From contig JBCCWC010000007.1 in assembly GCA_039194325.1 (NCBI GenBank), forward strand, positions 32,001-96,000: a stretch of 64,000 nucleotides of DNA, written 5' to 3'. A program made the translations under genes and the position numbers. Every line of letters starts with the position of its first letter. Within the stretch, counting starts at the first letter, position 1. Below the pieces are notes generated by a model. The model made no database searches, was not told the DNA's origin, and saw only the letters and a program-made list of their open reading frames with translations. This document shows, piece after piece, positions 20,418 to 31,155 of this stretch. The stretch comes from Myxococcota bacterium. Its GTDB lineage: Bacteria > Myxococcota_A > Polyangia > Nannocystales > Nannocystaceae.

Positions 20418-21317
20418 TCAGCCGCCCGAGCTCTCGCCGCCCGAGGTGGTGCCGCCCCCGTCGCAGAGCGACTCGTCTTCGCCCTCGGCGCAATCGGGGG
20501 TGCCGTCGCACCGGCGGCTGGGATCGAGCACCATGCCGTCGAGGCAGATGAATTCCAGGCAGGCGTTGACCTGCTGCGTGACCTCCTCGGAGAGCGTGGG
20601 ACAATCGATCAGCCGGAGGTTCCAGGGCCGCTCACAGGTCTCGGGACAATTCTGCCGCTCGTCGGCCCCGTCGGGGCAGCTGACCACGTTGTCGCAAACC
20701 CAGGCGGCGGGGACGGTCTGGCCGTCGCCGCACACAAACGGCGGAGGGCAGCCCGCCTCGTCGGAACCATCGGGGCAATCGGGGAAATCGTCGCAGATCC
20801 ACCACGGAGGGATCATCGTGCCGTCAGAGCACGCCTCGGTCTCGCACCCCTGGGCCTCGTCGGCCCCGTTGGTGCAGTCCTCGAATCCATCGCACACCCA
20901 GGTCTCGGCGATCTGCTGGCCGTCGCCGCAGTCGAAGCTCCCGGGGCAGCCCGCGGCCTGGGCACACTCCAGCAGCCCGCGCAGCGCCTCGGCCTCGCAC
21001 CGCAGGGCGGCAAAGGCCTCGTCGTCTTGCTCGAAGATCTCGCGGAGACAAGCGACCTCACCATCGCTGAAGCTGAGCGTGGTGTCCTGAAGACACTCGG
21101 CCTCGGTGTCCTCATCGAACCGAGCGAAGCACTCACACTCGAACTCGAAGATCTCCTCTTGGATCTCGACCGCGCCCGCCACGTCGGTGATGGACGGTGG
21201 CCCGCCCGACTCCGACTTGCACGCGACAGGGACGATCGCGGCCACCAGGGCGATCGTGCCCCCGATCGACAATAGCGAGGTGGAAGGGTGGGTCGGGGAG
21301 GTCAACCCGTCCTTCAT
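20418..21317 (-). CDS. Lipoprotein with four LDL-receptor class A repeats
   Basis: PVAC lipobox; FDCGDGQQIAETWVCDGFEDCTNGADE and three similar units. Confidence 0.85.
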   Translation of the reverse strand: MKDGLTSPTHPSTSLLSIGGTIALVAAIVPVACKSESGGPPSITDVAGAVEIQEEIFEFECECFARFDEDTEAECLQDTTLSFSDGEVACLREIFEQDDEAFAALRCEAEALRGLLECAQAAGCPGSFDCGDGQQIAETWVCDGFEDCTNGADEAQGCETEACSDGTMIPPWWICDDFPDCPDGSDEAGCPPPFVCGDGQTVPAAWVCDNVVSCPDGADERQNCPETCERPWNLRLIDCPTLSEEVTQQVNACLEFICLDGMVLDPSRRCDGTPDCAEGEDESLCDGGGTTSGGESSGG

Positions 21318-21384
21318 ACCGAGCCGGCCCCAGTCTCGTCGACCATCAAATACCCCCGAACACCCACGGCCTGCGCTGATCCGC

Positions 21385-22059
21385 TCATCCCCCCCCTCCC
21401 GAGGGCAACAGCCGCCGAGCAAGCGCCGCAAAGCTCCCCACGTCGTGGGGCCAGTGAAGAGCCCGGCACCCGGCCGCTCGGGCCCCGTGGACGTCATCCC
21501 CCACATCGTCACCCACGTGCAGAGCCGACGATGGCGCTACCTCGAGGCGCTCGCATGCGCGGTGGAAGATTCCGGGGTCGGGCTTCTCTACTCCGACCTC
21601 GGCCGAGATGATGGCGGCATCGATCCACCCGAGCACGCCCAAGGCCCGCAGCGTGGCCCGAAGCCGTAGATCCCAGTTGGAGACCACGGCGACCTTCATG
21701 CCGCGCTCGGCCACCGCGCGGGCGCAGGCCTCGGCGCCTGGAGTGACCTGCCAGGCGTCGGCCCGCTCGAAGTAGTCGAGCAACGCCCCGAGCAAGGCCG
21801 GCTCGCCGCAGCCGGTGGCGATCCGCACGACCTCGGCCCAGTAGGGGCGCCAGTCAGGGCGACGAGCGCGGAGCGGTCGCGCACGGGACATGACGTCGGG
21901 CAGGCGCTCGGCCACCACCGCCTCGTCCACCGCGAACCCAAAGCGGGCGGCGAAGCGGGCGTAGGTCCGGGGCACGGACTCGGTCGGACGCAGCAGGGTT
22001 CCGGCGGCGTCGATGAGCAGCGCCGCTCCGGGAGCGGCGAGGGGGAGCATTGCCTCCAT
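21385..22059 (-). CDS. HAD-superfamily hydrolase (REG-2-like)
   Basis: IDAAGTL, VVSNWD, EKPDPGIF, HVGDDxxDD. Confidence 0.9.
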   Translation of the reverse strand: MEAMLPLAAPGAALLIDAAGTLLRPTESVPRTYARFAARFGFAVDEAVVAERLPDVMSRARPLRARRPDWRPYWAEVVRIATGCGEPALLGALLDYFERADAWQVTPGAEACARAVAERGMKVAVVSNWDLRLRATLRALGVLGWIDAAIISAEVGVEKPDPGIFHRACERLEVAPSSALHVGDDVGDDVHGARAAGCRALHWPHDVGSFAALARRLLPSGGGG

Positions 22060-22078
22060 GCTATCGAACCCCGAGCCC

Positions 22079-23581
22079 TCAGCTCCCCTGCACACTCGTC
22101 TGGACCAGTCCCCCCAGGCACCGCATGGCGTCGGCGTAGTCGAGCTCGCAGACCGATTCCATGCAGCATCGAGGGCTGGTCGGATCGTCGAGCGCCTCGC
22201 AGACGGCCTGGATCCGAAGCGGAGGCTGGCCCTGAGAGTACCCGCCAACGCCGTCCATCCCCGTGCAGCCGGGACCCACGCCGAGCGCGAAGGTCTTGTC
22301 GGCGGCATCGATCCCCATGGCCCACTCGTCGGGCACGATGTCCCCCGCGGGCCAGGAGCCGTCGATCCAGTCGCGGATCACCAGATCGTCCACGCCCCCC
22401 TCGATCGGCTCGAACGGAGGGCGCTCGGCGTGGGCCACGACCTCCGGGACCCCGGTGATCGCGACCATCATGACGTCCTTGCCCTGCAGGCCCCCCAGCT
22501 CGTCCACCAGGTACTGGGTGTAGCGCTCGACCCCATGCAGCGGGGTGGCGACCGACAGCACACAGCTCTCGTAGAACCCCCCCGGATCGGGCCCGTCGCA
22601 GGCGACCCCCGCGTTCCAGCACAGCGCCGAGGATGGTGCGGCCAGGCCGGAGTCGGGATCGACGTTGTGATAGGCCGCGTTCTCCATCACGCTGAGGTCG
22701 TCGATCGAGCAGTCGCTCTCGTCGGTGAGCAGCACCAGGGCCAGATCGGCGCCAGGACGGAGGAAGGGCTCGTCCCCCCCGTTCCACGCGGCCGCGGGAT
22801 CGAGAGCCTGGAGCATGGTCTCCAGCGTCGACTCGTAGCCACACCCCACCAGCCCTTGCGGCAGCAAGCACCGCAGCGCCTCGCGAGCCGATCCCCCCGG
22901 CACGTTGTCCTCGGGGCCAACGACGTGAACGAAGGGATCGTCGGGCTCCACGGCCACGGGGCACTCGTCGGTGCAAGCCTCGGGGAACATCGGCGACCCG
23001 CCGAGCCCGGTGAAATCATCGAGCCGGCTGGTGCACGAGGACGAGACGGGCTCGCCCTGCGCCGGAGAATAGCCAGGCGGCCGGAAGGCGGCGCACAGCG
23101 GGTTGCCGAAGTCGGTGGTGGTGACCATCAGGTTCAGGTCGAAGTAGAGATCCTCGGCGAGCTGGATCTGCTCCAGCTGATCCATCAAGCCGTCGACGGC
23201 CGAGGCGAGCTTGCGCTGGTCGGGCCCCATCGTGCGGCTGTTGTCCACCACGAACACCACGTCGACGGCATGGGTCGGACAGTCGGGGGCACAGGCCGGC
23301 TGCTCGCCGGTGCCCGAGCTGTCCGCATCATCCTCCGAGCTGGAGTCGGCCCCGGTGATGCCGGTGGTGGGAGGCGAGCCCGAGGAATCGGCGACCGCGG
23401 TGCCGGCGGTCCCGGTGATCTGCCCGGTGACGTCGGCGACCACCGGGCCATCGGACGATGAGCCCCCCGCAGGCGGGCCCGAGGTGCCCGAGCCCCCGGA
23501 GCTGTCGATGATGATGCACCCACCGAGCATCAGATCGAAAAGCGCCCACAGCCACACGCACCGAGCTCGAGCCCCATCCAT
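22079..23581 (-). CDS. VWA-like domain lipoprotein
   Basis: LGGC lipobox; VDVVFVVDNSRTM; LVLLTDESDCS. Confidence 0.8.
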   Translation of the reverse strand: MDGARARCVWLWALFDLMLGGCIIIDSSGGSGTSGPPAGGSSSDGPVVADVTGQITGTAGTAVADSSGSPPTTGITGADSSSEDDADSSGTGEQPACAPDCPTHAVDVVFVVDNSRTMGPDQRKLASAVDGLMDQLEQIQLAEDLYFDLNLMVTTTDFGNPLCAAFRPPGYSPAQGEPVSSSCTSRLDDFTGLGGSPMFPEACTDECPVAVEPDDPFVHVVGPEDNVPGGSAREALRCLLPQGLVGCGYESTLETMLQALDPAAAWNGGDEPFLRPGADLALVLLTDESDCSIDDLSVMENAAYHNVDPDSGLAAPSSALCWNAGVACDGPDPGGFYESCVLSVATPLHGVERYTQYLVDELGGLQGKDVMMVAITGVPEVVAHAERPPFEPIEGGVDDLVIRDWIDGSWPAGDIVPDEWAMGIDAADKTFALGVGPGCTGMDGVGGYSQGQPPLRIQAVCEALDDPTSPRCCMESVCELDYADAMRCLGGLVQTSVQGS

Positions 23582-23723
23582 TTCCGATCATTATAAGCCG
23601 GAAACGCAGCGCGATACGGGCCAAGACTCCGATCCGGGACGCTTCGGGGATGCCCACCGGGACGCCCACCGGGACGCAACCGGGCGACGGTCGGTCTCGC
23701 TCGTCTGTCCGTGGTTGGTCGGC

Positions 23724-25430
23724 CTAGAGCTCGACCACCCGACTCGGCTCGTCGTGCGTGTCGCGACCACGCCACAAGACGCCGAAGATCGTCGGCCAGT
23801 CTTCACTGTCGAGCTGTCGCTCGACACGCCGTTCGATCTCGCGCTCGAGTCGCTCGCGATGACGCTCGAGTCGCTCGCGATGACGCTCGGCTCGCTCGCG
23901 CGCTCGCTCGGCTCGCTGTACCGCCCGCTCTCGCGCCCGCTCGGCTCGCTCCAGTGCCCGCTCGCGCGCCCGCTCGTGATGATGCTCGAAGTCGTGGAGC
24001 AGGTCGCCCCACCACACGCTCCCCGACCAAGGGTGCGACCACAGGTGCGCCCAGGGGGGTGAGAGGTAGCCGAAGATCATCACGTCGGCGTGGTCGCGCT
24101 CGGGCGCCGGCGGAGGCAGCGGCGCCGGTCGGGGCGCCTGGACCTCGATCTCCACCGTCTCGTCGTCGGTCTGCAGGTAGACGCGCGAGCGGTCGTGACC
24201 GTCGTCGGAGCGATCCTCGACGATCACCGAGCGCAGGGCGAGCTCGGCGGGCTCGGCGGTGGCCACGATGCGCTCGGAGCCCGTGAACGCGCGGGCCTGG
24301 GTCACCCCGGGCACCGCCGCGATCAGCAGACCGAGACTTCCGAGCGCCAGGGCCACCCGCCCCGCCGGGTGCACACGGCCGCCACCGCGACGCTCGTGCA
24401 GCAGCCGGGTGATCCGACGAACGATGGGGGAGCCCCGCTCGGCCATCGTCACCGCGACGGGGGTCATCGGCGGACCGTCCTCGACCCAGCCCGCGACCTC
24501 GGCCAGGCACTTGGCCAAGTGCACGCCGGTGCCGGCCTGCTGCGCGGCCCAGTCGTCGCACTGGAACTCGGCCACCTCTTGGATCTTGCGCCGCGCAAGG
24601 TGATTGAGGGGCTGGAAGAAGAACACCGCCTCGATGACCGCCACCAGTACCATCCAGGAGGGATCGTGGCGAAGCAGGTGGGCCATCTCGTGGGCCAGCA
24701 TGTCCCGCTGCTGGGGCGGGCTCAGGCTGTCGACGGCCCGCTCGGGCAGGCAGATCTCCCGGCGGCCCAGGGCAATCGGCGAGCGTAGGTGCGACGAGGC
24801 GGTCAGCCGCGGACGCTTCTTCAGCCCCGCCTTGCCGCACAGATCGAGGAAGCTCTCGAGCACCGGATCCTCGATGACATCACGACGCCCCTCAAGCTGC
24901 TTGCGCAGGCGGAGCGCAGCCCACCCCAACCGACCCAGGGCCAGCGCCGCTCCCAAGCCCCAAAGGCCCAGCAGCACCCAGGGCCATGATGAAGACTGGG
25001 AGGGCCCGGCAGGGACCGGGGCCGCCACCGCCGACACCGATGCGGCTCGAGGTCGTCGCTGACGGACCGCGGTGATCTCCAGCTCTCCGGATCGATGACG
25101 CACGATCCGACGCTCGACCACCGGCCCGCGCGGCTGGGCCTCGGACACCGCCAAGTCGGAAGCGGGACCGGGAGCGGGAGCCGGCGTAGGCGCAGCAACC
25201 ACCGGCTCGGTACGCAGCGCCGACGGCATCGACAACGAGCCCCACACCGATGGCACCCCGACGACGGTGACCACGGTGGCGGTGGCCAGCGGACCCAACA
25301 GCGCCACCTTCCACAGGGCCTCGCGGGTCCCCAGCGAGAGCTTGGGGATCACGCTCGTCAGCAGCCAAACCGCAGCGATCAGCGCGGTGCTGTGCACCGC
25401 GTAGGTCAAGACCCACTCCATGATGTCCAC
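23724..25430 (-). CDS. M56 family (BlaR1-like) metallopeptidase signal transducer
   Basis: TM helices; LAHEMAH; FFFQPL; EFQCDD; coiled C-terminus. Confidence 0.9.
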   Translation of the reverse strand: MDIMEWVLTYAVHSTALIAAVWLLTSVIPKLSLGTREALWKVALLGPLATATVVTVVGVPSVWGSLSMPSALRTEPVVAAPTPAPAPGPASDLAVSEAQPRGPVVERRIVRHRSGELEITAVRQRRPRAASVSAVAAPVPAGPSQSSSWPWVLLGLWGLGAALALGRLGWAALRLRKQLEGRRDVIEDPVLESFLDLCGKAGLKKRPRLTASSHLRSPIALGRREICLPERAVDSLSPPQQRDMLAHEMAHLLRHDPSWMVLVAVIEAVFFFQPLNHLARRKIQEVAEFQCDDWAAQQAGTGVHLAKCLAEVAGWVEDGPPMTPVAVTMAERGSPIVRRITRLLHERRGGGRVHPAGRVALALGSLGLLIAAVPGVTQARAFTGSERIVATAEPAELALRSVIVEDRSDDGHDRSRVYLQTDDETVEIEVQAPRPAPLPPPAPERDHADVMIFGYLSPPWAHLWSHPWSGSVWWGDLLHDFEHHHERARERALERAERARERAVQRAERARERAERHRERLERHRERLEREIERRVERQLDSEDWPTIFGVLWRGRDTHDEPSRVVEL

Positions 25431-25460
25431 TCCGAGGGTTGTTGGATTGCGAAGCGACGA

Positions 25461-25874
25461 CTAACCGCCGCCTTCGTCGTTCGATTCCCGAGCCGATTGT
25501 TGCTCCCGCTGGGCGATGAGGCGACGAACTTCCTCCAGGTCCTCTTCGCCCAGCCCCTGCCCGGCCGTCAGATGCGAGACCAGAGCATCGGGGTCACCGC
25601 CAAAGAAGAAATCGGTGAGCCGCGCGAGCATGCTGCGGCGGATCTCCTGCTCGGCCGCCCGCGCTCGATAGACGTACTGCCGGCCCCGTCGACGATGCGT
25701 CACCAGCCCGCGACGCTCCAGCCGCGTGAGCACGGTGGCCACGGTCGTGGGTGCCAACCCGTGACCCTGTTCGGCCAGCGCCCCCTTGACGTCTTGGGCG
25801 GTGGCCTCCCCGCGATCCCACAGCACCCGCATGAAGGCGAGCTGCTGATCGCTGAGCTGGATAGGACTGACCAC
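25461..25874 (-). CDS. BlaI/MecI/CopY family repressor
   Basis: MRVLWDRG, TTVATVLTRLERRGLV, FFGG; adjacent to M56. Confidence 0.93.
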   Translation of the reverse strand: MVSPIQLSDQQLAFMRVLWDRGEATAQDVKGALAEQGHGLAPTTVATVLTRLERRGLVTHRRRGRQYVYRARAAEQEIRRSMLARLTDFFFGGDPDALVSHLTAGQGLGEEDLEEVRRLIAQREQQSARESNDEGGG

Positions 25875-25909
25875 GGCAGAGAAGGCCGGCGCAAAAGGCG
25901 AGCGTAGGA

Positions 25910-25950
25910 CTACAATTGTAGAACTACGCTCTTATTACTACAGTCGTAGT
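25910..25950. promoter_or_regulatory. Two BlaI-type operator palindromes (CTACAATTGTAG; ACTACAGTCGTAGT)
   Basis: First site matches the TACA-N2-TGTA BlaI/CopY box, second is an imperfect variant; 35-75 bp upstream of blaI in an AT-rich patch. Confidence 0.8.
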
Positions 25951-26067
25951 CAAACCTCGTCAAGCCGAAATTCGAGCAGCGATCGTGGCGTGGGAGCGTC
26001 TTGGCCCCGCGACGGGAGCATGCGGGCTCACGCCGGATCTCGGGGGCAGTCGCGTAGCCTTGGGCGG

Positions 26068-27738
26068 GTGAGCAGCAGTCCGGAAGATCCCGCGCGGCTG
26101 CCCCGCGGCGTCGAGTGGGTCGCGCTGGGGCTGGTGGCGGTGGCGGTCCTGGTGCATGGCCTGCGACCGATCATCGATCTGGATCTGTGGTGGCACATGC
26201 GGCTGGGCGAGCTGCTGCTCGCCGGCGAGCCCGACACGAGCGTGGAGCCCTTCTCCCACACCCACGCGGGTGCTCCCTGGGGGTGGAAGGACTGGGGCAG
26301 CGCGGTCCTCTTTCACGGCCTTTGGCGGCTGGGTGGACCGGCCGCGATCATCGGGTTCAAGGCCCTGGCGTTCGGGGGCGTGGCGGCGCTTTTGTGGCAG
26401 CTGCTACGGGTCGAGCGGAGGATCCCTGCGGCCCTGGCCCTGCTCATGTGCGCGGTCACCCTCGGGGCGGCCGAGTTTCGCTTTACCGAGCGCGCATCGT
26501 CGATCTCGCTTGTGGTGCTGCTGGCGACCCTGGTGCTGATCGAGCGCGACCGCCGGGGCGCGGCAGGCCTGGGGTGGGTGATCCCGCTGACGATCCTCAA
26601 CGCCAACCTCCATCGAGCCGCGCTGTTGCTGCCGGTGGTGGTGGGGGCCTACGCCGCCGCCTGCTGGCTCGAGGCGCGCATGGGGCGAGACCGTGACTGG
26701 CGTCGCCCGGCCCTGGTCGCGGTGGGCACCGGGCTCGGCTGCCTGGTGACTCCATACGGGATCGCGATCGTCACCACCACGGTCGCGCTGATGGGTCAGC
26801 ACAGCCCGCTCATCACCGAGTGGGCGCCCGTCTCCGTCGCGCTCATCGAGGCGCTCACCCCGATGAGCTTCGCCGCGATCGGCCTGGGCGGGATCGGGGC
26901 GGCGCTGGGCCAGTGGAAGCGACGCCCCTGGGAGCCGTGGGATCTGACCCTGGTCGCGATGGCCTTTGGCCTCGGGCTCGGCTCGATGCGACACCTACCG
27001 GTGCTCGCCGTGCTGGTGGTCGGTCCCGCCGCCGGTGGCCTGGCCGTGCTCGGCCGCGCATGGACAGGGCGCCTGCGGGGGCTCATCGCGCTGGCGGCCG
27101 CGGCGGTGCTGTTGGCCTATACCTTCACCCGCCCGATCGCGCTGCCCGGCTCGGCCCTGGCCCCGGCCCACTTCCCCGAACGAGGCCTCGCGTTCGTGCG
27201 CTCGCTCCCCGACCAGCTGCGGCCCCGCGGCGCCCTGTTCAACGAGTTCGGCTACGGAGGCTTCCTCATCTTCCACCTGTGGCCCCGCCACCGGGTCTTC
27301 ATCGACGGGCGCACCGACCTGGTCTACCCGGCGTCGTTCGTCGAGCGCTACATCGAGTGCCTCCGCGACCCCCAGGCCCTGATGCGCGAGGCCGACGAGC
27401 GCGACCTCCAGTGGGCCTTGTTGGACAACGTGCCCCACGACCGCGGACGCCTGCACTTCGATCTCAATCCGGCGTGGACCCTGGTGCACGCCAGCCGGCG
27501 ATCGCTGGTCTATGTGCGCACCCAGGGGGCCAACGCCGCGCTGGCCCGGGCCCACGGCTACCGCCTGCTGCATGCCCACGACCTGCCGGGCAGCGTGCAG
27601 GCAGCCGCCGCCCGAGGCCACGGTGACGCCGCGCTGGCCGAGCTGCGCCGGATGGCCGAGGATGATCCCGACAATCCCTATCCCCTGGTCCTGTTGGCCC
27701 AGCTCGCGGCGGCCGCCAATGGATCGGCTCCACCGTAA
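26068..27738 (+). CDS. Polytopic membrane protein, probable GT-C fold glycosyltransferase
   Basis: DLWWH motif after first TM, about 10 TMs, NLH, ITEW, FIDGR. Confidence 0.65.
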   Translation: MSSSPEDPARLPRGVEWVALGLVAVAVLVHGLRPIIDLDLWWHMRLGELLLAGEPDTSVEPFSHTHAGAPWGWKDWGSAVLFHGLWRLGGPAAIIGFKALAFGGVAALLWQLLRVERRIPAALALLMCAVTLGAAEFRFTERASSISLVVLLATLVLIERDRRGAAGLGWVIPLTILNANLHRAALLLPVVVGAYAAACWLEARMGRDRDWRRPALVAVGTGLGCLVTPYGIAIVTTTVALMGQHSPLITEWAPVSVALIEALTPMSFAAIGLGGIGAALGQWKRRPWEPWDLTLVAMAFGLGLGSMRHLPVLAVLVVGPAAGGLAVLGRAWTGRLRGLIALAAAAVLLAYTFTRPIALPGSALAPAHFPERGLAFVRSLPDQLRPRGALFNEFGYGGFLIFHLWPRHRVFIDGRTDLVYPASFVERYIECLRDPQALMREADERDLQWALLDNVPHDRGRLHFDLNPAWTLVHASRRSLVYVRTQGANAALARAHGYRLLHAHDLPGSVQAAAARGHGDAALAELRRMAEDDPDNPYPLVLLAQLAAAANGSAPP

Positions 27739-27787
27739 CGCTCGGGGTGACGCCAGGGGTGAGGCGGGATGCTCCGTCCCGAGCCCT

Positions 27788-27841
27788 CCGCCTTGTCCAG
27801 CCGCCTTGTCCAGCCGCCTTGTCCAGCCGCCTTGTCCCCAG
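27788..27841. repeat. 13-bp tandem repeat CCGCCTTGTCCAG x4
   Basis: Direct reading; fourth copy variant. Confidence 0.9.
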
Positions 27842-27866
27842 CCTCTTGCCCCATCGCGACTCGACC

Positions 27867-28364
27867 ATGAAGATCTTGTTTGCCCACGGCCTCGAGAGCG
27901 GCCCCATCGGCCGTAAGTCTCAGGCGCTGATCGACGCCGGCTACGATCTGCACGCGCCCGACTGCCGGGGGAAAGACCTCGCCCAGCGGGTCGCCGAGTT
28001 GCTCGATGCGATCGTCCAGATCGAGCCGCCCCCCCTGTTGGTGGGCTCGAGCTTCGGGGGAATCGCCGGGCTCGTGGCCGCGATCATGGCCGCCGATCGC
28101 GGGGTACTCATTCCCGGCCTGGTGCTCTGCGCCCCTGCACTCATGCGAAGACCACCGCCTGGGACGGTCGACGCGCTGCGCTGTCCGGCACCCACGGTCG
28201 TGATCCACGGCACGCGCGACGAGATCATCCCCATCGAGGTGAGCCGGGAGTTCGCGCGTGAGCACGGAGCCGAGTTGCGTGAGGTCGACGACGACCACCG
28301 ATTGGCCGGTTCTGGGCTCGATGCGATCATGGCGGCGGTCGCCGAGCGAGCCGATCCCTCCTGA
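27867..28364 (+). CDS. Small alpha/beta hydrolase
   Basis: FAHGLES, GSSFGG, IHGTRD, DDHRL. Confidence 0.88.
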   Translation: MKILFAHGLESGPIGRKSQALIDAGYDLHAPDCRGKDLAQRVAELLDAIVQIEPPPLLVGSSFGGIAGLVAAIMAADRGVLIPGLVLCAPALMRRPPPGTVDALRCPAPTVVIHGTRDEIIPIEVSREFAREHGAELREVDDDHRLAGSGLDAIMAAVAERADPS

Positions 28365-28830
28365 CGCGAGCCTGACGCGGGCGTGCTCCCATCGGATCGT
28401 GTCGGATCGTGGCCAACCCGGAGCGAATCCGAGCAAGCCGCATGGTCATGTTCGCTCGAACACCGTTCGTTACGAGTACGCGGCTGTCCCTCAATGGATC
28501 CGACGAGTCCACCGATCCCGCGACCGTCACCCGCCCATTCACGTGCATGCTCCTTCTAGAGCGTCGGCGCGCTTACCGACGAAACGATCCGAGAACCCAA
28601 AATTGAATCCGATCCCTCATACGTCAGGACCATCTCGGGACTCCTTTGATCCGGACCAGGTCACTATGGGAGACGGCCCGATCTGACGCGAAAACTTGGA
28701 GTTCACCCCGACAAATGCCCGCTAGGGACCGTGATCCTTACGGTTTCGAGTCGATACGTTCTCTGGGGGTTCAACAACACTTCTCTTCTCACTGCGCTAT
28801 GATGACGTGGCAACAGGGCTGGTGAATCCC

Positions 28831-29304
28831 ATGTCCACCACGATCGACATACGAGGGTATACCCTACATGTTCCGGAGCCGGGCTCGAACGTGGGCTGGG
28901 TGCGGGTGGGTGAGGTATTCATTCTGTTCGGTCGAGCCGGGAAGGCCCCCGAGGAACGAATGGACGCGGTGTTCGACGGACTGCGACAGCCCGGCGTCAA
29001 GACGGCGGTGGGAGCGTCGATCGGCTCGATCCAGCTGACGTCCGTGCAGCGCCGCGAGCTGTCCAAGTGCATCCAGGGCATGAACCTCGTGACGGTCAAC
29101 GATCACAACCCGATAGCCCGCGGCATCATCACGATGTTGGGCTGGTTCGGGCTGAAGATCAAAGCGATGCACTGGCATCAGATCGACGCCGCGGTAGATG
29201 CGATGGGGCCCGAGGAAGCCAGTGCCGAGGATCTCAAGCAGGTGGTCAAGGCGATCCAATCGTTCCTGAACGAAGAGCCCGCCGGACTCTCGGCGGCCTC
29301 TTGA
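28831..29304 (+). CDS. Hypothetical STAS/SEC14-like protein
   Basis: QRRELS...ARGIITMLGW pattern common in myxobacterial SpoIIAA-like proteins. Confidence 0.55.
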   Translation: MSTTIDIRGYTLHVPEPGSNVGWVRVGEVFILFGRAGKAPEERMDAVFDGLRQPGVKTAVGASIGSIQLTSVQRRELSKCIQGMNLVTVNDHNPIARGIITMLGWFGLKIKAMHWHQIDAAVDAMGPEEASAEDLKQVVKAIQSFLNEEPAGLSAAS

Positions 29305-29550
29305 GCTCAGGTTCGGTAGGGTCGCTATCGGCAGGCACATGCAATAGCTCGCGGTCACTCGAGCCAACCGTCGGTGCTCCTGCACCGGCTCGACGGTCGT
29401 AGTGGACCTCCGAAGGACCGAGTACTCGTTGCCCGCTCGGTCCCAGCGTACCTCCAGCCCACATATGGCGTTGTTTTGGCCCAAAAGAGCTCGTCGACGA
29501 GGAGCGCGGTAGCGCGCGGAACTGGGTAGAAGCGATACACTACTGCCCGC

Positions 29551-30909
29551 GTGACGATCCTGAAGACACCCGACCACGCCATCGTGCTGGGCGCCAGCAT
29601 GGCGGGCATGATGGCCGCCGCCGCCCTGGCTCGACACGCTCGGCAAGTCACCATCGTCGAGCGTGACCCACTCCCCGACACGATCAGCATCCGCAAGGGC
29701 GTGCCCCAGGGCTCACAGCCCCACCTGCTACTCGACCGGGGGCGACAAGCGATCGAAGGGCTGCTACCGGGCTTCTTCGACGAGATCCACGGGCACGGGG
29801 CCCGGCGGGTCGACTTTGGCCGCGAGCTTCGCTGGTACCACAACGACCGCTGGAAGGTCAGCTGTGACACCGGGTATACGCTCTCGCTGCAGACCCGACC
29901 GTTCTTGGAGTACCACGTACGCCGCGCCCTGCTGCGTCACCACCCCAACGTGACGATCCGAGCGCAATCGGAGGTCGTGCGACCGGTCGTGCAACACGAC
30001 CGGATCGAAGCGGTCGAGCTGCACGACCGCCACAAAGACACCACCGAGCTCGTCCCGTGCGAGCTGTTCGTCGACGCCTCGGGCCGAGGCGCGCGATCGA
30101 GGCGCTGGCTGGCCGAGCTCGACTACGGGCAAGCGCCCGAGGTCGGGGTGCGGATCGGCCTGGGCTACTCCACCCGTGCCTTCCGCCGCCCGACCAATGC
30201 ACCGTCGGATTGGCAGTGCTGCGTGATCTATGGCCGGCGTCCCTACCAGACGTGTCACGGGGCGCTGTTCAGCGTGGAGAACGACGGCTGGCTCTTCGGG
30301 TTCTTCGGCTACAACGGCCAGCATCCCCCCGCCGACCCCGAAGGTCTCGATACGTTCGCGCGGGGGCTCGCTCGCCCCGACCTCGCCGAGCTCATGCGCA
30401 CGGCCGAGCCGGTCTCCGACATCCGGCGCCATACCTTCCCGCGGCAGCGGTGGGTCCACTACCACCGACTCAACCGTCTCCCGGGCGGCTATGCGGTGGT
30501 CGGTGACGCCGTGTGTAGCTTCGATCCGATCTTCGGCCAGGGCATTACCATTGGGGCGGTCGAAGCCGAGTTGCTGACCCGGGCGCTCGATAGCCGGCGG
30601 GGCTTCGACTCGATGCGCTTTGCCCGAGCCTGCGCGCGCTTCATCACCATTCCCTGGCTACTGACTCGTATCGAGGCTTTCCGCTACCCCGAGGTCGAGG
30701 GCTCGCGCCCGATGGGCTTGCCGCTGCTCCACCCGATCCTCGATCGGGTCTTCGAGCGCAGCGCCACCGACCCCGAGGTCTACTGCGCGTTCCTCGACAT
30801 CATGCAGATGAACCGCAGCCCCCTGGCCCTGATGCGTCCATCGGTGCTCATGCGCCTGGCCCGGAGTAGTCGCGTGACCGTCGATCCCGAGCGGCCGCTG
30901 GTGATGTAG
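29551..30909 (+). CDS. FAD-dependent monooxygenase/oxidoreductase
   Basis: GASMAG, ERD, RKGVPQ, VDASGR, VGDAVCSFDPIFGQG. Confidence 0.9.
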   Translation: MTILKTPDHAIVLGASMAGMMAAAALARHARQVTIVERDPLPDTISIRKGVPQGSQPHLLLDRGRQAIEGLLPGFFDEIHGHGARRVDFGRELRWYHNDRWKVSCDTGYTLSLQTRPFLEYHVRRALLRHHPNVTIRAQSEVVRPVVQHDRIEAVELHDRHKDTTELVPCELFVDASGRGARSRRWLAELDYGQAPEVGVRIGLGYSTRAFRRPTNAPSDWQCCVIYGRRPYQTCHGALFSVENDGWLFGFFGYNGQHPPADPEGLDTFARGLARPDLAELMRTAEPVSDIRRHTFPRQRWVHYHRLNRLPGGYAVVGDAVCSFDPIFGQGITIGAVEAELLTRALDSRRGFDSMRFARACARFITIPWLLTRIEAFRYPEVEGSRPMGLPLLHPILDRVFERSATDPEVYCAFLDIMQMNRSPLALMRPSVLMRLARSSRVTVDPERPLVM

Positions 30910-31155
30910 AGCGCAAGCTCCGGCCGAAGCCCGGGCCACGAGCCGCCACGCGGAGCGCGAGGTCGCCGGAAGAACGCGGCGTTGCGCTCGGCGTCGTCGC
31001 GACCCACAGGTCGACCGGCTTGGTGGGCAATCGCGTCCTGTGGGCACTCGGGGACGCACATATCGGCGCCCCGTCGTCGAGCACGGCGAGCACGCTCGTC
31101 GCAATCAAAGCGATGCGTCCGCGGACTTGGAACGTGAAAGCTGAGCGATACGACG

